A DNA stretch of 32,306 nt from positions 1-32,306 of the IMG/VR virus record IMGVR_UViG_2802429237_000004. The stretch is one strand, 5' to 3'. The position numbers were made by a program, and so were the translations under genes. The first letter of the stretch is position 1. Each line of letters opens with the position of its first letter. Below the pieces are notes generated by a model. That model saw only the letters and a list, made by a program, of their open reading frames with translations, made no database searches and had not been told where the DNA came from. Shown here one piece after another: positions 9,595 through 18,461 of the stretch. The DNA comes from a virus. Its lineage: Duplodnaviria > Heunggongvirae > Uroviricota > Caudoviricetes.

Positions 9595-10196
9595 GGATTC
9601 ACTCTCATTGTGTCAATAACATGGACCGCCCCGCCTTCATGCGCGGTGCCGCCGGAAATAATTGTTTCGTTGATATACGGATAGATCGTGATTTCTTCGC
9701 CAAGATAGCTGGCGGCCCCCACCCAATGCGGACCGCTGGTCTGCAGATTGATGGACATGCCGATCATGTGACGGCTACATGGTTTGGCATCGCTTATCAG
9801 TCGCTCAAGTTCCAGATAGGTATCTTCAGTGATGCCCTGGTCCTGCACGCCGATATCCAGGCGAAACGTGCCCGGTGCCTCTCCGGTCTGCCACCACTCA
9901 ATAATGCGGATCAGAAAGCCGAACGGCTCCACCACCCGCCGCACGGCACTGGTGGTTCCTTTATGCTGATGAATATAAAAAGCATCCTTCACCACCTGGC
10001 GCTTGACGCTTTCTGTCCAGCTCTCGTCCCAGCGATCCACAGAGAACGCCCAGGCGAGATAAGGCAGGAAACTGACCGGACAGGTTGCCGGATTCCACAA
10101 GTCACGCAGCGGCACCTGCAGATCAGAAATCCCACTGCAGGTTTGCGCCAGTCGTCGCTCCAGTGAAGTTGAACCCGGTGGCAGCAGACTATTCAT
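9591..10196 (-). CDS. I: Baseplate protein I
   Basis: 201-aa ORF between J and H; contains the LWNPATCPVSFLPYLAWAFSVDRWDE segment I recall as typical of P2 gpI. Confidence 0.85.
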   Translation of the reverse strand: MNSLLPPGSTSLERRLAQTCSGISDLQVPLRDLWNPATCPVSFLPYLAWAFSVDRWDESWTESVKRQVVKDAFYIHQHKGTTSAVRRVVEPFGFLIRIIEWWQTGEAPGTFRLDIGVQDQGITEDTYLELERLISDAKPCSRHMIGMSINLQTSGPHWVGAASYLGEEITIYPYINETIISGGTAHEGGAVHVIDTMRVNP

Positions 10197-11097
10197 CCGT
10201 TCCCCCGTTGGTCACGCTCCACTGAGTACATGATGCCGCCTGCGTTTTGTTCAGGACCACATCCGCCAGCGGCGAAGCCAGCTCCACACGCTGCACACCC
10301 TCAACATGCAGGGCGGCAAAAATGGCGCTACGGCGAATATCCCGACCAAGCCGCGTCTGACTGGCGATGTACTTCTGCAGGCTGGCTTTTGCCGCTGCCA
10401 TTACCGGCTCGGCTTCCGGCCCCGGATAGAGAAAAATGGTGGCATCCACCCGGTACGGGATGATTTCTGCGCTGCGAACCGTCAGACGGTCAGCCACCGG
10501 GCGGACGTTCTCACTGTTCAGAGATTTTTCCACCACGTCCAGCAGGTCTTTTTCTGCAGTTCCATCGCCTTCACGGCTAAGGACAGTCAGCACCACCTCT
10601 GCAGGTGCCGGGCTGGTTGCACTGGCATCCGCCACCCGACCGTCGGCGCTTCGGGCATGAAATTCATAAGCTGCAGTTGGCCCCGCGACTGAAAGCCCTT
10701 CAAAGGCTGCAGGCACACGCAGGCGTAACGCTTCATCGCTTTCCATCACAGCCGCAACGGGCGGCACAGCGTCATTATCAGCAGGCGTCACCGTCAGGCG
10801 TTTCACGTTGTAGTTGGCAGCGAGCTGGTCCAGATCGCCGCCCATCGCGTAAGCCACCATCACCGCCTGCGCGGCTTCGTTAATGCGCTGTCGCAGAAGC
10901 AACTCACGGTAAGCGTTCTCCTGCAACAATTTGGTGACGGGTTCAGATTCCAGTTCCAGCGTGCGCATCACTGCTTCCTGTTCATCTTTCGGATGAAGCG
11001 CCACAAATTCTGCCTTGCGTTCGGCAAGCAGCGTCTCAAAGTCCGGCACATCCACAATCTGCGGCGCAGGCAACTGCGAAAGGTCAATCACTGCCAT
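10189..11097 (-). CDS. J: Baseplate assembly protein J
   Basis: Start moved to the internal MAVIDLSQLPAP (the ORF-track start at 11136 gives a non-homologous leader); about 302 aa, matching P2 gpJ. Confidence 0.85.
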   Translation of the reverse strand: MAVIDLSQLPAPQIVDVPDFETLLAERKAEFVALHPKDEQEAVMRTLELESEPVTKLLQENAYRELLLRQRINEAAQAVMVAYAMGGDLDQLAANYNVKRLTVTPADNDAVPPVAAVMESDEALRLRVPAAFEGLSVAGPTAAYEFHARSADGRVADASATSPAPAEVVLTVLSREGDGTAEKDLLDVVEKSLNSENVRPVADRLTVRSAEIIPYRVDATIFLYPGPEAEPVMAAAKASLQKYIASQTRLGRDIRRSAIFAALHVEGVQRVELASPLADVVLNKTQAASCTQWSVTNGGTDE

Positions 11098-11443
11098 TCT
11101 CTGCTCCTGTTGATACAGAAAGGGAAACAGGCACACCGTTATTACGCCGCCCGGTCAGCTCCACCACCATTGAACCGTCAAAATTGCTGTTGATGGTGAT
11201 GGAATCCAGCGTAAGCCGTGGCTCCCAGCGACTCAGTGCCACATACACTGCCGACATGACCTGCAGGCGTAACGCCGGATTTTGTGGCTGATCTATTAAA
11301 GCCGACAGCAGGGAACCATATTCCCGGCGGGCAATGCGGCTACCCTGCGGTGTCAGCAGAATGTCCCGCACCGACTGGCGCAGATGGTCAATATCAGTAA
11401 TGGCTTTACCGCTGGTATTGTTCATCCCGCTATAAAGCGTCAT
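11084..11443 (-). CDS. W: Baseplate wedge protein W (gp25-like)
   Basis: 119-aa ORF between V and J, 4-nt overlap with V; P2 gpW size and position. Confidence 0.85.
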   Translation of the reverse strand: MTLYSGMNNTSGKAITDIDHLRQSVRDILLTPQGSRIARREYGSLLSALIDQPQNPALRLQVMSAVYVALSRWEPRLTLDSITINSNFDGSMVVELTGRRNNGVPVSLSVSTGAENGSD

Positions 11444-12018
11444 ACCGGGCCTCCGGTTGTATCGCCGCCTTTCAGGACGCCAGTATGCTGATGCGCATCA
11501 ACCACGATCCCGTTAGAACTCATCGCACCGCCGCCCTGGGTAACGCCGCCATTGATCACTACTTCGCTATTAATACGCGTGCGCTCAGCCTCCAGCACAA
11601 ACTCACTGGTTTTCAGGGTGATATTGTCGGCAGCCTCAATGACCATGGATTTGATTCCCCTGACATACCAGCGCCCGGTAGCGGGTTCGTATTCAAACCG
11701 GCCGCCGTCAGGATGTTCTGTCACGCAGGCATCCGCCGACGTCGACGGCGGTGCAAACTGATTCGAATAGATGGCGGGCAGCGCAAAGGCGGTTTCCAGA
11801 TTTCCGCCCAGACTCAGCAGCACCACCTGCTCACCTTCCGATGGTCGCCACCATGTGCGGGCATTCCCGGCACGCAGCGTCAGCCAGCTGATCCAGTTAG
11901 TTTCAAGCTCGCCCGTTTTCACCCGGCAAAGCCAGTTCTCCCGGTCCACTTCGGTGACTACCCCAGTGCGGATCAGGTTGGTGATAAGACGCATGATTTC
12001 GGTTAATTGTACGTTCAT
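11440..12018 (-). CDS. V: Baseplate spike/assembly protein V
   Basis: 192-aa ORF; its N-terminus resembles P2 gpV as I recall it (IRTG..TE...R.KTGE...W..WLT.RAG..RTWW.PS.GEQV); first gene of the V-W-J-I-H-G block. Confidence 0.85.
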   Translation of the reverse strand: MNVQLTEIMRLITNLIRTGVVTEVDRENWLCRVKTGELETNWISWLTLRAGNARTWWRPSEGEQVVLLSLGGNLETAFALPAIYSNQFAPPSTSADACVTEHPDGGRFEYEPATGRWYVRGIKSMVIEAADNITLKTSEFVLEAERTRINSEVVINGGVTQGGGAMSSNGIVVDAHQHTGVLKGGDTTGGPV

Positions 12019-12064
12019 AAGAAAAAACTAACCGCCATTGCAAACGTAATCGAGTAGATAGGAA

Positions 12065-12082
12065 TGTTTGATTCATGGCACA
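12065..12082. promoter_or_regulatory. TGT-N12-ACA dyad in the V upstream region (possible late promoter element, atypical spacing)
   Basis: tgtttgattcatggcaca read in the 92-nt gap between V and the divergent cargo gene; its centre is only about 55 nt from the V start codon, closer than at FI and O. Confidence 0.3.
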
Positions 12083-12110
12083 ATACGTTGCTTACTTTTA
12101 AGGATATAAA

Positions 12111-12872
12111 ATGAAAGATAATTTAAATCTTCTTATAAAAAAATTAATAGGAAAGGCCTTTCCTGAATTTAGCAATAAGATAACATGGACTTTACTCACT
12201 GCAGGGATCGGTATTCTTGCACTACCTGCACCCACATATTTATTATTCGTAAACCTTATAATTGATTTTTACAACAAAACAACTAATTCAGAAATCAGCC
12301 TTCTTAAGATTGATAGCATTACACCAAGTAGTGGGGTTGCTTTAACTTTAATTCTATCCGGACTAGTCTTCCACCTATTAATAAAAGCCCCCCAGATATA
12401 CCAAGAAATTCTAAAAAAGAATAACAAAAAAGAAACACAGGAAAGAAAAAGAGTAGCAGACGTTAAACTTTATGAGGCATTTATTGAGATTCTACCTACA
12501 ACCTCGTTATCAATTGAGTTCTTAAAAGACCATGATTTTGAAAACTCCTATCATGATAATAATACAAAAGATTTTAGTAAACTTGAATACGGGTGGGGTC
12601 ATGCAGATCAACATTTTCATGACAATGAAATTGAAGATAAAGCCGTTCATCTTTATAGTGAAATAATAAAGTTCGATTATTTTCTCGCTTATAAATCGCA
12701 CAATATCAATGACTATATGTTTAGCATGCTTACTGACAGAGATCGAGCTATGGTGATGGAATTATTACCTCAAACAAAGGAAAATATAAAAATAGCCAAT
12801 GAGTGGAGTTCTACAATTCATCAGCTTTACTGTGACTTTATCTCCACATGTAGGAATAACTTAGCCATATAA
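12111..12872 (+). CDS. AT-rich cargo gene: predicted 2-TM membrane protein with unknown C-terminal domain
   Basis: 253-aa ORF with AAGGA Shine-Dalgarno 6 nt before the ATG; two hydrophobic helices (ITWTLLTAGIGILALPAPTYLLFVNLII and SGVALTLILSGLVFHLLI) then a roughly 160-aa soluble domain; visibly AT-rich against GC-rich flanking tail genes; located between S and V, where P2 carries orf30. Confidence 0.6.
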   Translation: MKDNLNLLIKKLIGKAFPEFSNKITWTLLTAGIGILALPAPTYLLFVNLIIDFYNKTTNSEISLLKIDSITPSSGVALTLILSGLVFHLLIKAPQIYQEILKKNNKKETQERKRVADVKLYEAFIEILPTTSLSIEFLKDHDFENSYHDNNTKDFSKLEYGWGHADQHFHDNEIEDKAVHLYSEIIKFDYFLAYKSHNINDYMFSMLTDRDRAMVMELLPQTKENIKIANEWSSTIHQLYCDFISTCRNNLAI

Positions 12873-12890
12873 ATTATATGCTGTAGTTAA

Positions 12891-13334
12891 TTAAGACAAG
12901 TAACGAAAAAAAATATCACGAGTTAGCATTTCCGCTTCGTCGTTAACACCCAGAAAGCGACGCTCTGCATAACGGACCTCAGGTCCTTTGCGACTGACGC
13001 GATCACGCAGGCCGTAATGGTGAACGCGGGCAATGCGCTGCACCTTACCTTCAAACTGCACGCTGGCAGAATCGGCGCTGGCGGCAGTTTTCAGGTATTT
13101 GGTGGTGCGCAGCTTTGTAAACATCTGACGTTTGATGCGCCCCTTTTTGCTGCGTGCTGTTACCCTGCGCGGTTCATAGCTGCTGCCGTCAGGGTTGCGC
13201 TGCATCCTGATATTCTGCTGCTGTGTCCGGCGCAGTTCCTGCGCCAGCTGGCGCATCATGCGGCTTCTTGCGGCTGGCTCCAGATTCGCCAGCAAGGCAC
13301 TCAGCCAGTCGTCCACCTTCTGCAGTTCAGCCAC
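12891..13334 (-). CDS. S: Tail completion protein S
   Basis: 147-aa ORF downstream of R with 8-nt overlap; P2 gpS size and position. Confidence 0.8.
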   Translation of the reverse strand: MAELQKVDDWLSALLANLEPAARSRMMRQLAQELRRTQQQNIRMQRNPDGSSYEPRRVTARSKKGRIKRQMFTKLRTTKYLKTAASADSASVQFEGKVQRIARVHHYGLRDRVSRKGPEVRYAERRFLGVNDEAEMLTRDIFFRYLS

Positions 13335-13779
13335 GTTTCACCGTCCACATTTCTTCAGGTTCATCGGGTTCCGCTACAGCTTCAACGCTGGACACAGTGC
13401 CGTCAGTGCTGACCAGCACACGTTCCGTCAGTTGCAGGTTAAGGCTGATATCACAGACATCGTTGCGCAGAATATCCACCTCAAAGGTGAATAGTTTTTC
13501 CCGTAACGCCGGGTTATTGATGGCATCGGGCTGGTTATCACGCAGCCACAGCAAAACCGGGGCCATCAGCAGATTCTGGTCGCCACTGAAATCCTCAATC
13601 ACCACGTTCAGGGTGTAACGGTACTCCCATGACATGGAGCTGGCCCCCGTAGCAACCAGCGAACCGTTATCCACAAACAGATGCAGTTTGTCCGGGTTAT
13701 TGCGGACATAAGGCACCGCTTTATTGAGGGCGTGGCGCAGGGATTGTGGTTTGTTCACTGTTTCGCTCCTGACACGCAA
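13327..13779 (-). CDS. R: Tail completion protein R
   Basis: 150-aa ORF; contains ..SLRHAL.......NPD.L..FVDNGS...... and RYTLNVVIEDFSGD resembling P2 gpR as I recall it; exact start uncertain because it overlaps lysC. Confidence 0.75.
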   Translation of the reverse strand: MRVRSETVNKPQSLRHALNKAVPYVRNNPDKLHLFVDNGSLVATGASSMSWEYRYTLNVVIEDFSGDQNLLMAPVLLWLRDNQPDAINNPALREKLFTFEVDILRNDVCDISLNLQLTERVLVSTDGTVSSVEAVAEPDEPEEMWTVKRG

Positions 13780-14011
13780 TAATCATGTCCACTTTGTCTG
13801 CACAGACCGCCCAGGCGGCCTCCGTTTCATCCAGCAATGCATTCAGATCAGCGTTAGTGCGCGGCGTTGCCTGCTCCAGCCGACACGGCGTCACTCGCGG
13901 ACAACCACTGACGGTAAGCTGCACCTCCGGTGAGTGCCGGACGTTCCCGCAGCCGGATAATGTCAGCAGGCAAAGGAGTATCAGCCCAGCGGCGTAAATC
14001 CTCGTTCTCAC
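13721..14011 (-). CDS. lysC: Outer-membrane spanin lipoprotein (LysC/Rz1-like)
   Basis: 96-aa ORF with a signal peptide and lipobox (LLCLLTLSGC) and Pro-rich mature region, lying in a different frame partly inside the lysB 3' end, as for P2 lysB/lysC. Confidence 0.65.
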   Translation of the reverse strand: MRTRIYAAGLILLCLLTLSGCGNVRHSPEVQLTVSGCPRVTPCRLEQATPRTNADLNALLDETEAAWAVCADKVDMIIACQERNSEQTTIPAPRPQ

Positions 14012-14282
14012 GTTTCAGTTCCTCGATCCGGCGTTGTCGTTGTCTCAGCAGTGCGCTGGTCTGTTCTGCGTCGGCATAGAGCCGCGCCTGCTCCCGGTTG
14101 TTGGTTTCAGCCAGAATGGACAGACTGATCAACTGGCTATTTTTCTTCGTTAGTTCCTGCGCTTTACTTTCTAGCGCCGCGCGCTGCGTTTCGATGGTGT
14201 GGCTGGCGCTGTTAAGCCGCCACGACTGCCAGCCCAGCGCAACGAGTACCAGCGCCACCACTACTGCCAGCGCACGCGTCAT
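13854..14282 (-). CDS. lysB: Inner-membrane spanin (LysB/Rz-like)
   Basis: 142-aa ORF with an N-terminal TM helix (ALAVVVALVLVALGW) and a coiled-coil periplasmic domain, directly after the endolysin gene. Confidence 0.7.
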   Translation of the reverse strand: MTRALAVVVALVLVALGWQSWRLNSASHTIETQRAALESKAQELTKKNSQLISLSILAETNNREQARLYADAEQTSALLRQRQRRIEELKRENEDLRRWADTPLPADIIRLRERPALTGGAAYRQWLSASDAVSAGAGNAAH

Positions 14283-14794
14283 AGTCCAGCTCCTTTAAGG
14301 CACCAGGCCATCTCCCGCGCACGGCGGTTATCCAGCCCCTGATTAAAAACACCTTTCACATAAACCCAGCGCGGCAACTGTCGGCACGCATCCGCCCAGC
14401 GCCGCTGGTTGAGTAATTTCACCAGCGTGGAACTGCAGGCATTGCCCGTTCCCACGTTGAAGGCAAACGACACCACCGCGTCATACACCTTCTGCGGCGG
14501 CTGTTGCTTCACACACCTTTCCAGCGCCCGCTCCACACGCAGCACGTTGGAGATCAGCCCTTCCGCTGCCTGTCGTTCCGTAATGGTTTTGCCGGGAATG
14601 ACGCCCGACGTATTACCAATGCCGTCGGTCCAGACACCCGCGCTGCACTGATACGGCTGCAGACGACAGCCTTCGTAATCGGCAATCAGTTTCAGCCCCT
14701 CCACGGAGGTGTGAAGCTGCTGAAAACCCGGCAACGTAGCTGCAATAGCCAGCACGGCCCCGACAAGGCAGCGTTTAACGATTGATGGATTCAT
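14279..14794 (-). CDS. K: Endolysin, T4-lysozyme-like with a likely N-terminal signal-anchor (SAR)
   Basis: 171-aa ORF; hydrophobic N-terminus (CLVGAVLAIAATL) then a lysozyme-type segment (EGLKLIADYEGCRLQPYQCSAGVWTDGIGNT); follows the holin gene. Confidence 0.85.
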   Translation of the reverse strand: MNPSIVKRCLVGAVLAIAATLPGFQQLHTSVEGLKLIADYEGCRLQPYQCSAGVWTDGIGNTSGVIPGKTITERQAAEGLISNVLRVERALERCVKQQPPQKVYDAVVSFAFNVGTGNACSSTLVKLLNQRRWADACRQLPRWVYVKGVFNQGLDNRRAREMAWCLKGAGL

Positions 14795-14990
14795 AGTCCT
14801 CCCGCGAGATCTGCCCGTCGCGCAGAAGCTGGTAGGCTTTATGTTTGTAGTACCAGTTGATAGCCAGCATCAGCACACCAATCATCAGGCCGCCCAGCGT
14901 TGAGGCATCCTTGATGGACAAATCGCCCAGCCAGGCCAGCACGACGGCGATGCAATACGTGATAAAGGCGCTGATTCGCTCAAGCGTCAT
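14775..14990 (-). CDS. Y: Holin
   Basis: 71-aa ORF with two predicted TM helices and a charged C-terminus, directly upstream of the endolysin gene. Confidence 0.7.
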   Translation of the reverse strand: MTLERISAFITYCIAVVLAWLGDLSIKDASTLGGLMIGVLMLAINWYYKHKAYQLLRDGQISREDYESINR

Positions 14991-14993
14991 AAT

Positions 14994-15197
14994 TCAGTCC
15001 CATAGCTGGACGGTCTGCACGGTGGTGGTGGTCGGAATGTCCGGCAGCTCCACCTGCAGCCCGTGAGGTAAAAAGGGGCCGTATTCGGCAAGCCCCGGAT
15101 TTGCCTTCAGTACCTGCTCCGTGACACCCTGCGTGCGCCCGTAATGACGCCAGCAAAGCGCGTCCACCGTGTCATACTGATGCGCACGCACTTTCAT
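14994..15197 (-). CDS. X: Tail protein X
   Basis: 67-aa ORF between L and Y, the same length as P2 gpX. Confidence 0.8.
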   Translation of the reverse strand: MKVRAHQYDTVDALCWRHYGRTQGVTEQVLKANPGLAEYGPFLPHGLQVELPDIPTTTTVQTVQLWD

Positions 15198-15724
15198 CAG
15201 ATAAGCTCCACTGTGCAGTGCGGCGCATCCTGTACCCGGCTGATGGCCCAGCGGGCGTCACGCCACAAATCACCGCTTGCTTCCGCCAGTTCCTCGCCCC
15301 GCTTCACACCGGACGCCGTGGCGTCATAGTCCTGATAACGCTCATTGAGCATGGCGCGTGCCCAGCAGTAAACCGCGTTGAAATAGTGATGAATGCGCTC
15401 ACTTTTGCCGTCCAGCTGTTCCGCCGGAACCTCAGCCAGCGACGCATACCCCAGCATCTGCTGGCGTCTGCGAAACTCATACAGCTCTGCGTTAACCTCC
15501 GAAATTGCCGACAGCGCAACCTGCTTTAAACGCGGCTGCGTCACCGTGCCGTCAGTGCGCATGACACTGCGAAACTCCGACAGGTCCACATCAGGCCAGA
15601 ACGGCGTATTTCTGATGATTTCCGCCTGTTCCGGTGCCTGTTCTGGCGCAACAAACTTCATGCTGCTTTCTCCTGAAATAGAGGGCGGTGGACGGGGTTT
15701 TGATGTGGCAGTGCCTTTCGCCAC
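15197..15724 (-). CDS. L: Capsid completion protein L
   Basis: 175-aa ORF downstream of M; contains ELYEFRRRQ and DLWRDARWAISRVQ resembling P2 gpL as I recall it; true start may be the internal MKFVAPEQ. Confidence 0.8.
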   Translation of the reverse strand: MAKGTATSKPRPPPSISGESSMKFVAPEQAPEQAEIIRNTPFWPDVDLSEFRSVMRTDGTVTQPRLKQVALSAISEVNAELYEFRRRQQMLGYASLAEVPAEQLDGKSERIHHYFNAVYCWARAMLNERYQDYDATASGVKRGEELAEASGDLWRDARWAISRVQDAPHCTVELI

Positions 15725-15756
15725 CCCGTGCCGCCCGTGCGCGGGGGCACGTTCTG

Positions 15757-16407
15757 TCAGCGGCTGTCATTGCGCAGTCTGCGCTCCAGCTGCTGTTTGT
15801 CTTTTTTCACGCCACAGCGGGGATCGAGCTGTAACGCATGGTTTAGATGATTAAGGGCGGAAGCCGGATTGCTTTCACTCAGGACTGCGCCAATCGCTTT
15901 ATGCAGACGCGCCCGTGACTGGTCCGGCATATCCAGACCGTCTGTCAGTTCCAGTGTCTGCAGTAACAGATCGGCATCAAAGCCGGTGGCGGCAAGCATT
16001 GCGCTCTGGGCTGCATCTGCCATTTCCTCTGCCAGCACGGTCTGCACGTTGCGGTTACCCAGCGGCATCACCCAGCCATGACGCAGGGCATGACGCCCGA
16101 TCTCCAGCGCCCCGGCATAATCTCCGGCATCAATGCGCCACAGCATCACGTACATCAGCACGTCATCCTGTTGAGCGCCTCCGGCAGCCAGGACACCCTC
16201 TGCCCAGGCGGCGTATTTCGGCAGCAGCTCCACCTTGATTTCCGCTTTTTTGACCGTGGACTGAACGCCCTTGAGACGGCAGCGGTCTTCCGCCAGTTGC
16301 AGCAGCATCAGGTCATAGCCCGACGCGTGGCGAACGCTGCCGCCCTCGCGGGCGGCCTGTTCAGCCTGAACGCGCAGGCGATGCTGCCGTGCGGGACTCA
16401 GGCTCAT
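15757..16407 (-). CDS. M: Terminase small (endonuclease) subunit M
   Basis: 216-aa ORF between major capsid N and L; P2 gpM position. Confidence 0.8.
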   Translation of the reverse strand: MSLSPARQHRLRVQAEQAAREGGSVRHASGYDLMLLQLAEDRCRLKGVQSTVKKAEIKVELLPKYAAWAEGVLAAGGAQQDDVLMYVMLWRIDAGDYAGALEIGRHALRHGWVMPLGNRNVQTVLAEEMADAAQSAMLAATGFDADLLLQTLELTDGLDMPDQSRARLHKAIGAVLSESNPASALNHLNHALQLDPRCGVKKDKQQLERRLRNDSR

Positions 16408-16410
16408 GGG

Positions 16411-17469
16411 TTACGCTCCGGCTTCTGCTGCAGCGGCGCTGAAATCGCCAATCTGGATGTTTTCCACCAGTGCGGCGCAGCGGTAGTCCTCAACCACATA
16501 GGCTTCGTTAACGGATTCAAAATTTTCAATCCGGTCACGTTTCGGGTTGTCGATAACTGAACGGCGGCGGGTGTCTTCCTGCCAGTAGATGGACAGGTTA
16601 TCCAGACGGGTGATCAGCAGCGCATTCGGCGGGAAGAACGGCGCACGGACGGCCTGCAGGCCCCCCATGCGTTTCTGGCTGATGATCATATCGGCAGCCA
16701 GTTTTTCACTGTTTTCCTGCTCTTTGTTGACCAGCGGGAAATACTTGTCAGACAGCAGTTCACGACCGCAAATCACCACCAGATCGTCATCGTCCTGGTA
16801 GACCACGTCGATAAGCTCATTGACCGCATCCATCACCACAGCGTCCAGGTTGGCATATTCGCCACCTTTACCGACTTTCACCGCGCCCGGTGTGGTTTCA
16901 CCGCCTGTGGTGGTGCTGCCCATGACGTGATCCGGTGCATCCTCGCGGATTTTCTGCAGCCAGCCTTTGTTCACATCCTGCAGCAGCGGGTTTTCACTAC
17001 GGTTGGAGGTTTTCGCACGCTTCACGCCGTTAAAGCCGATCATGATGCGGTCCAGTGCCTGACGTTTCACGATGGCGTCACGGATACGCACCTGGAAATC
17101 CTGAAACTTCGCCCACAGGTCCAGCTTCGCGTAGGTCAGCACCGTGTCAAAGTTGGTCTGCTCGCATTTATATTCCACATCGACCATCAGCGTCGGATCG
17201 ACAGGTTCACGCTCTTTCGCGGTGGTGTCAGTGGTTCCGGCAATGGTGCTGCCAACACCCAGCCCCAGCAGCTGACCGGACTGCTCAGTCACTGGCGTGA
17301 CGTTAATCAGCGTCAGGAAAGCGGCGGACTGCTGGATCTGGTCCTCCAGTGTCTGCTGCACAGACGGCTCCACAGTGAATTTGCTGGACAGTTCTTCAAC
17401 TGCCACACCGTTCAGACGCGCCAGCTGCTGCAGGTAAGCGTTAAAAGCAAAGCGGGTATTCTTCTTCAT
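16411..17469 (-). CDS. N: Major capsid protein N
   Basis: 352-aa ORF immediately after scaffold O; P2 gpN size and position. Confidence 0.9.
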   Translation of the reverse strand: MKKNTRFAFNAYLQQLARLNGVAVEELSSKFTVEPSVQQTLEDQIQQSAAFLTLINVTPVTEQSGQLLGLGVGSTIAGTTDTTAKEREPVDPTLMVDVEYKCEQTNFDTVLTYAKLDLWAKFQDFQVRIRDAIVKRQALDRIMIGFNGVKRAKTSNRSENPLLQDVNKGWLQKIREDAPDHVMGSTTTGGETTPGAVKVGKGGEYANLDAVVMDAVNELIDVVYQDDDDLVVICGRELLSDKYFPLVNKEQENSEKLAADMIISQKRMGGLQAVRAPFFPPNALLITRLDNLSIYWQEDTRRRSVIDNPKRDRIENFESVNEAYVVEDYRCAALVENIQIGDFSAAAAEAGA

Positions 17470-17485
17470 CGGGTTTTGTGCTCCA

Positions 17486-18319
17486 TCAGCAATTGGTCAG
17501 AGTGTCAGCGGGGGCGTTACCGCCTGTTGCACGCTGGCGGTAGTCCTGGCGGCTGTCTTCATGACTCAGCTTATCCACCAGTTCGTTAAAGGCGGCTTGT
17601 TGTGCCTGCAGGGCAGTCTCCATCTCAGACAGGCGTTCTTCCTGCTCAGACAGGGACTTTTCGGTGCGCGTGCTCAGGTTTTGCTGCTCAGTGGCGACCA
17701 GTTCCACGGCCTTATGCACATCAGAGAACCGGGCATCATCGGACTGCTCTTTTTTGGTGAACAGCGCCGTGACGCGGGCAAACAGGGACGGCTTGTCCTC
17801 TTGGATTTCTTCCAGTTCGATCACCGTTTCCTCTGCAGCGGTAAAAAGATTGGCGGGATTCTGCTTGCGGTTTGCCAGCGGGTTATGGGCTGCACTGGCG
17901 CTGAATGTCAGCATTTCCGTACCCAGACTGGCGGGATCATCAGTGGCAGCCAGGCCGACCAGGTAGGCTTTGCCCGTATCAGCAAACTTCGGGCTGACTT
18001 CCATAGAGGTGAATAATTTCTGGCCTTTTTTCACCAGCTCCACCAGAGATTCCGTTGGCTCAACGTCGGCATACAGCGCCATCTTGCCTGCCAGCGGACC
18101 TTCCGTGATTTCTTCAGCAAACAGCGCCGTCACCTTGCCGTAGCGGTTAAAGGTGCTGTCCGGCAGATAAGACTTGATGTGCTCAAGGTTAATCAGCGCG
18201 GTGTACACCGTCGGGTTGTAGCTGGCTGCCATCTGTTCCAGCCATTCACGCTGGATTTCGCGTCCGTCGGTGGTGGCACCTTCCACCCCGATGCGAAAAC
18301 GCTTTGCTTTCACTGTCAT
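17486..18319 (-). CDS. O: Capsid scaffolding protein O
   Basis: 277-aa ORF; N-terminal FRIGVEGATTDGREI and C-terminal ATGGNAPADTLTNC resemble P2 gpO as I recall it; divergent from P. Confidence 0.85.
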   Translation of the reverse strand: MTVKAKRFRIGVEGATTDGREIQREWLEQMAASYNPTVYTALINLEHIKSYLPDSTFNRYGKVTALFAEEITEGPLAGKMALYADVEPTESLVELVKKGQKLFTSMEVSPKFADTGKAYLVGLAATDDPASLGTEMLTFSASAAHNPLANRKQNPANLFTAAEETVIELEEIQEDKPSLFARVTALFTKKEQSDDARFSDVHKAVELVATEQQNLSTRTEKSLSEQEERLSEMETALQAQQAAFNELVDKLSHEDSRQDYRQRATGGNAPADTLTNC

Positions 18320-18397
18320 GAGCCGTGCTCCGTTAGAAAAAACTTACTGGAGCCTTATGGTTGCGGTGATGGGGGCAGTGAAACAATGCGCGGTATT

Positions 18398-18415
18398 TGT
18401 ACCGACAACCACACA
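18398..18415. promoter_or_regulatory. Candidate Ogr-dependent late promoter element (TGT-N12-ACA) in the divergent O/P control region
   Basis: tgtaccgacaaccacaca read directly; centred about 87 nt upstream of the O start codon, the same geometry as the FI site. Confidence 0.5.
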
Positions 18416-18461
18416 AACCGCAGGCGGGGAAAGCCTTCATTCAAGGCTGTAGGTTTGTGCC

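Noticed and set aside
18417-18435. 13-nt match (AGGCGGGGAAAGC) to the P2 cos core in the O/P divergent promoter region
   Set aside because: It lacks the 5' GGCG of the cohesive end and lies between the terminase and scaffold genes, where a genome end is not expected. I treat it as coincidental GC-rich similarity or a packaging-unrelated element; the 22415-22433 site is the better cos candidate.
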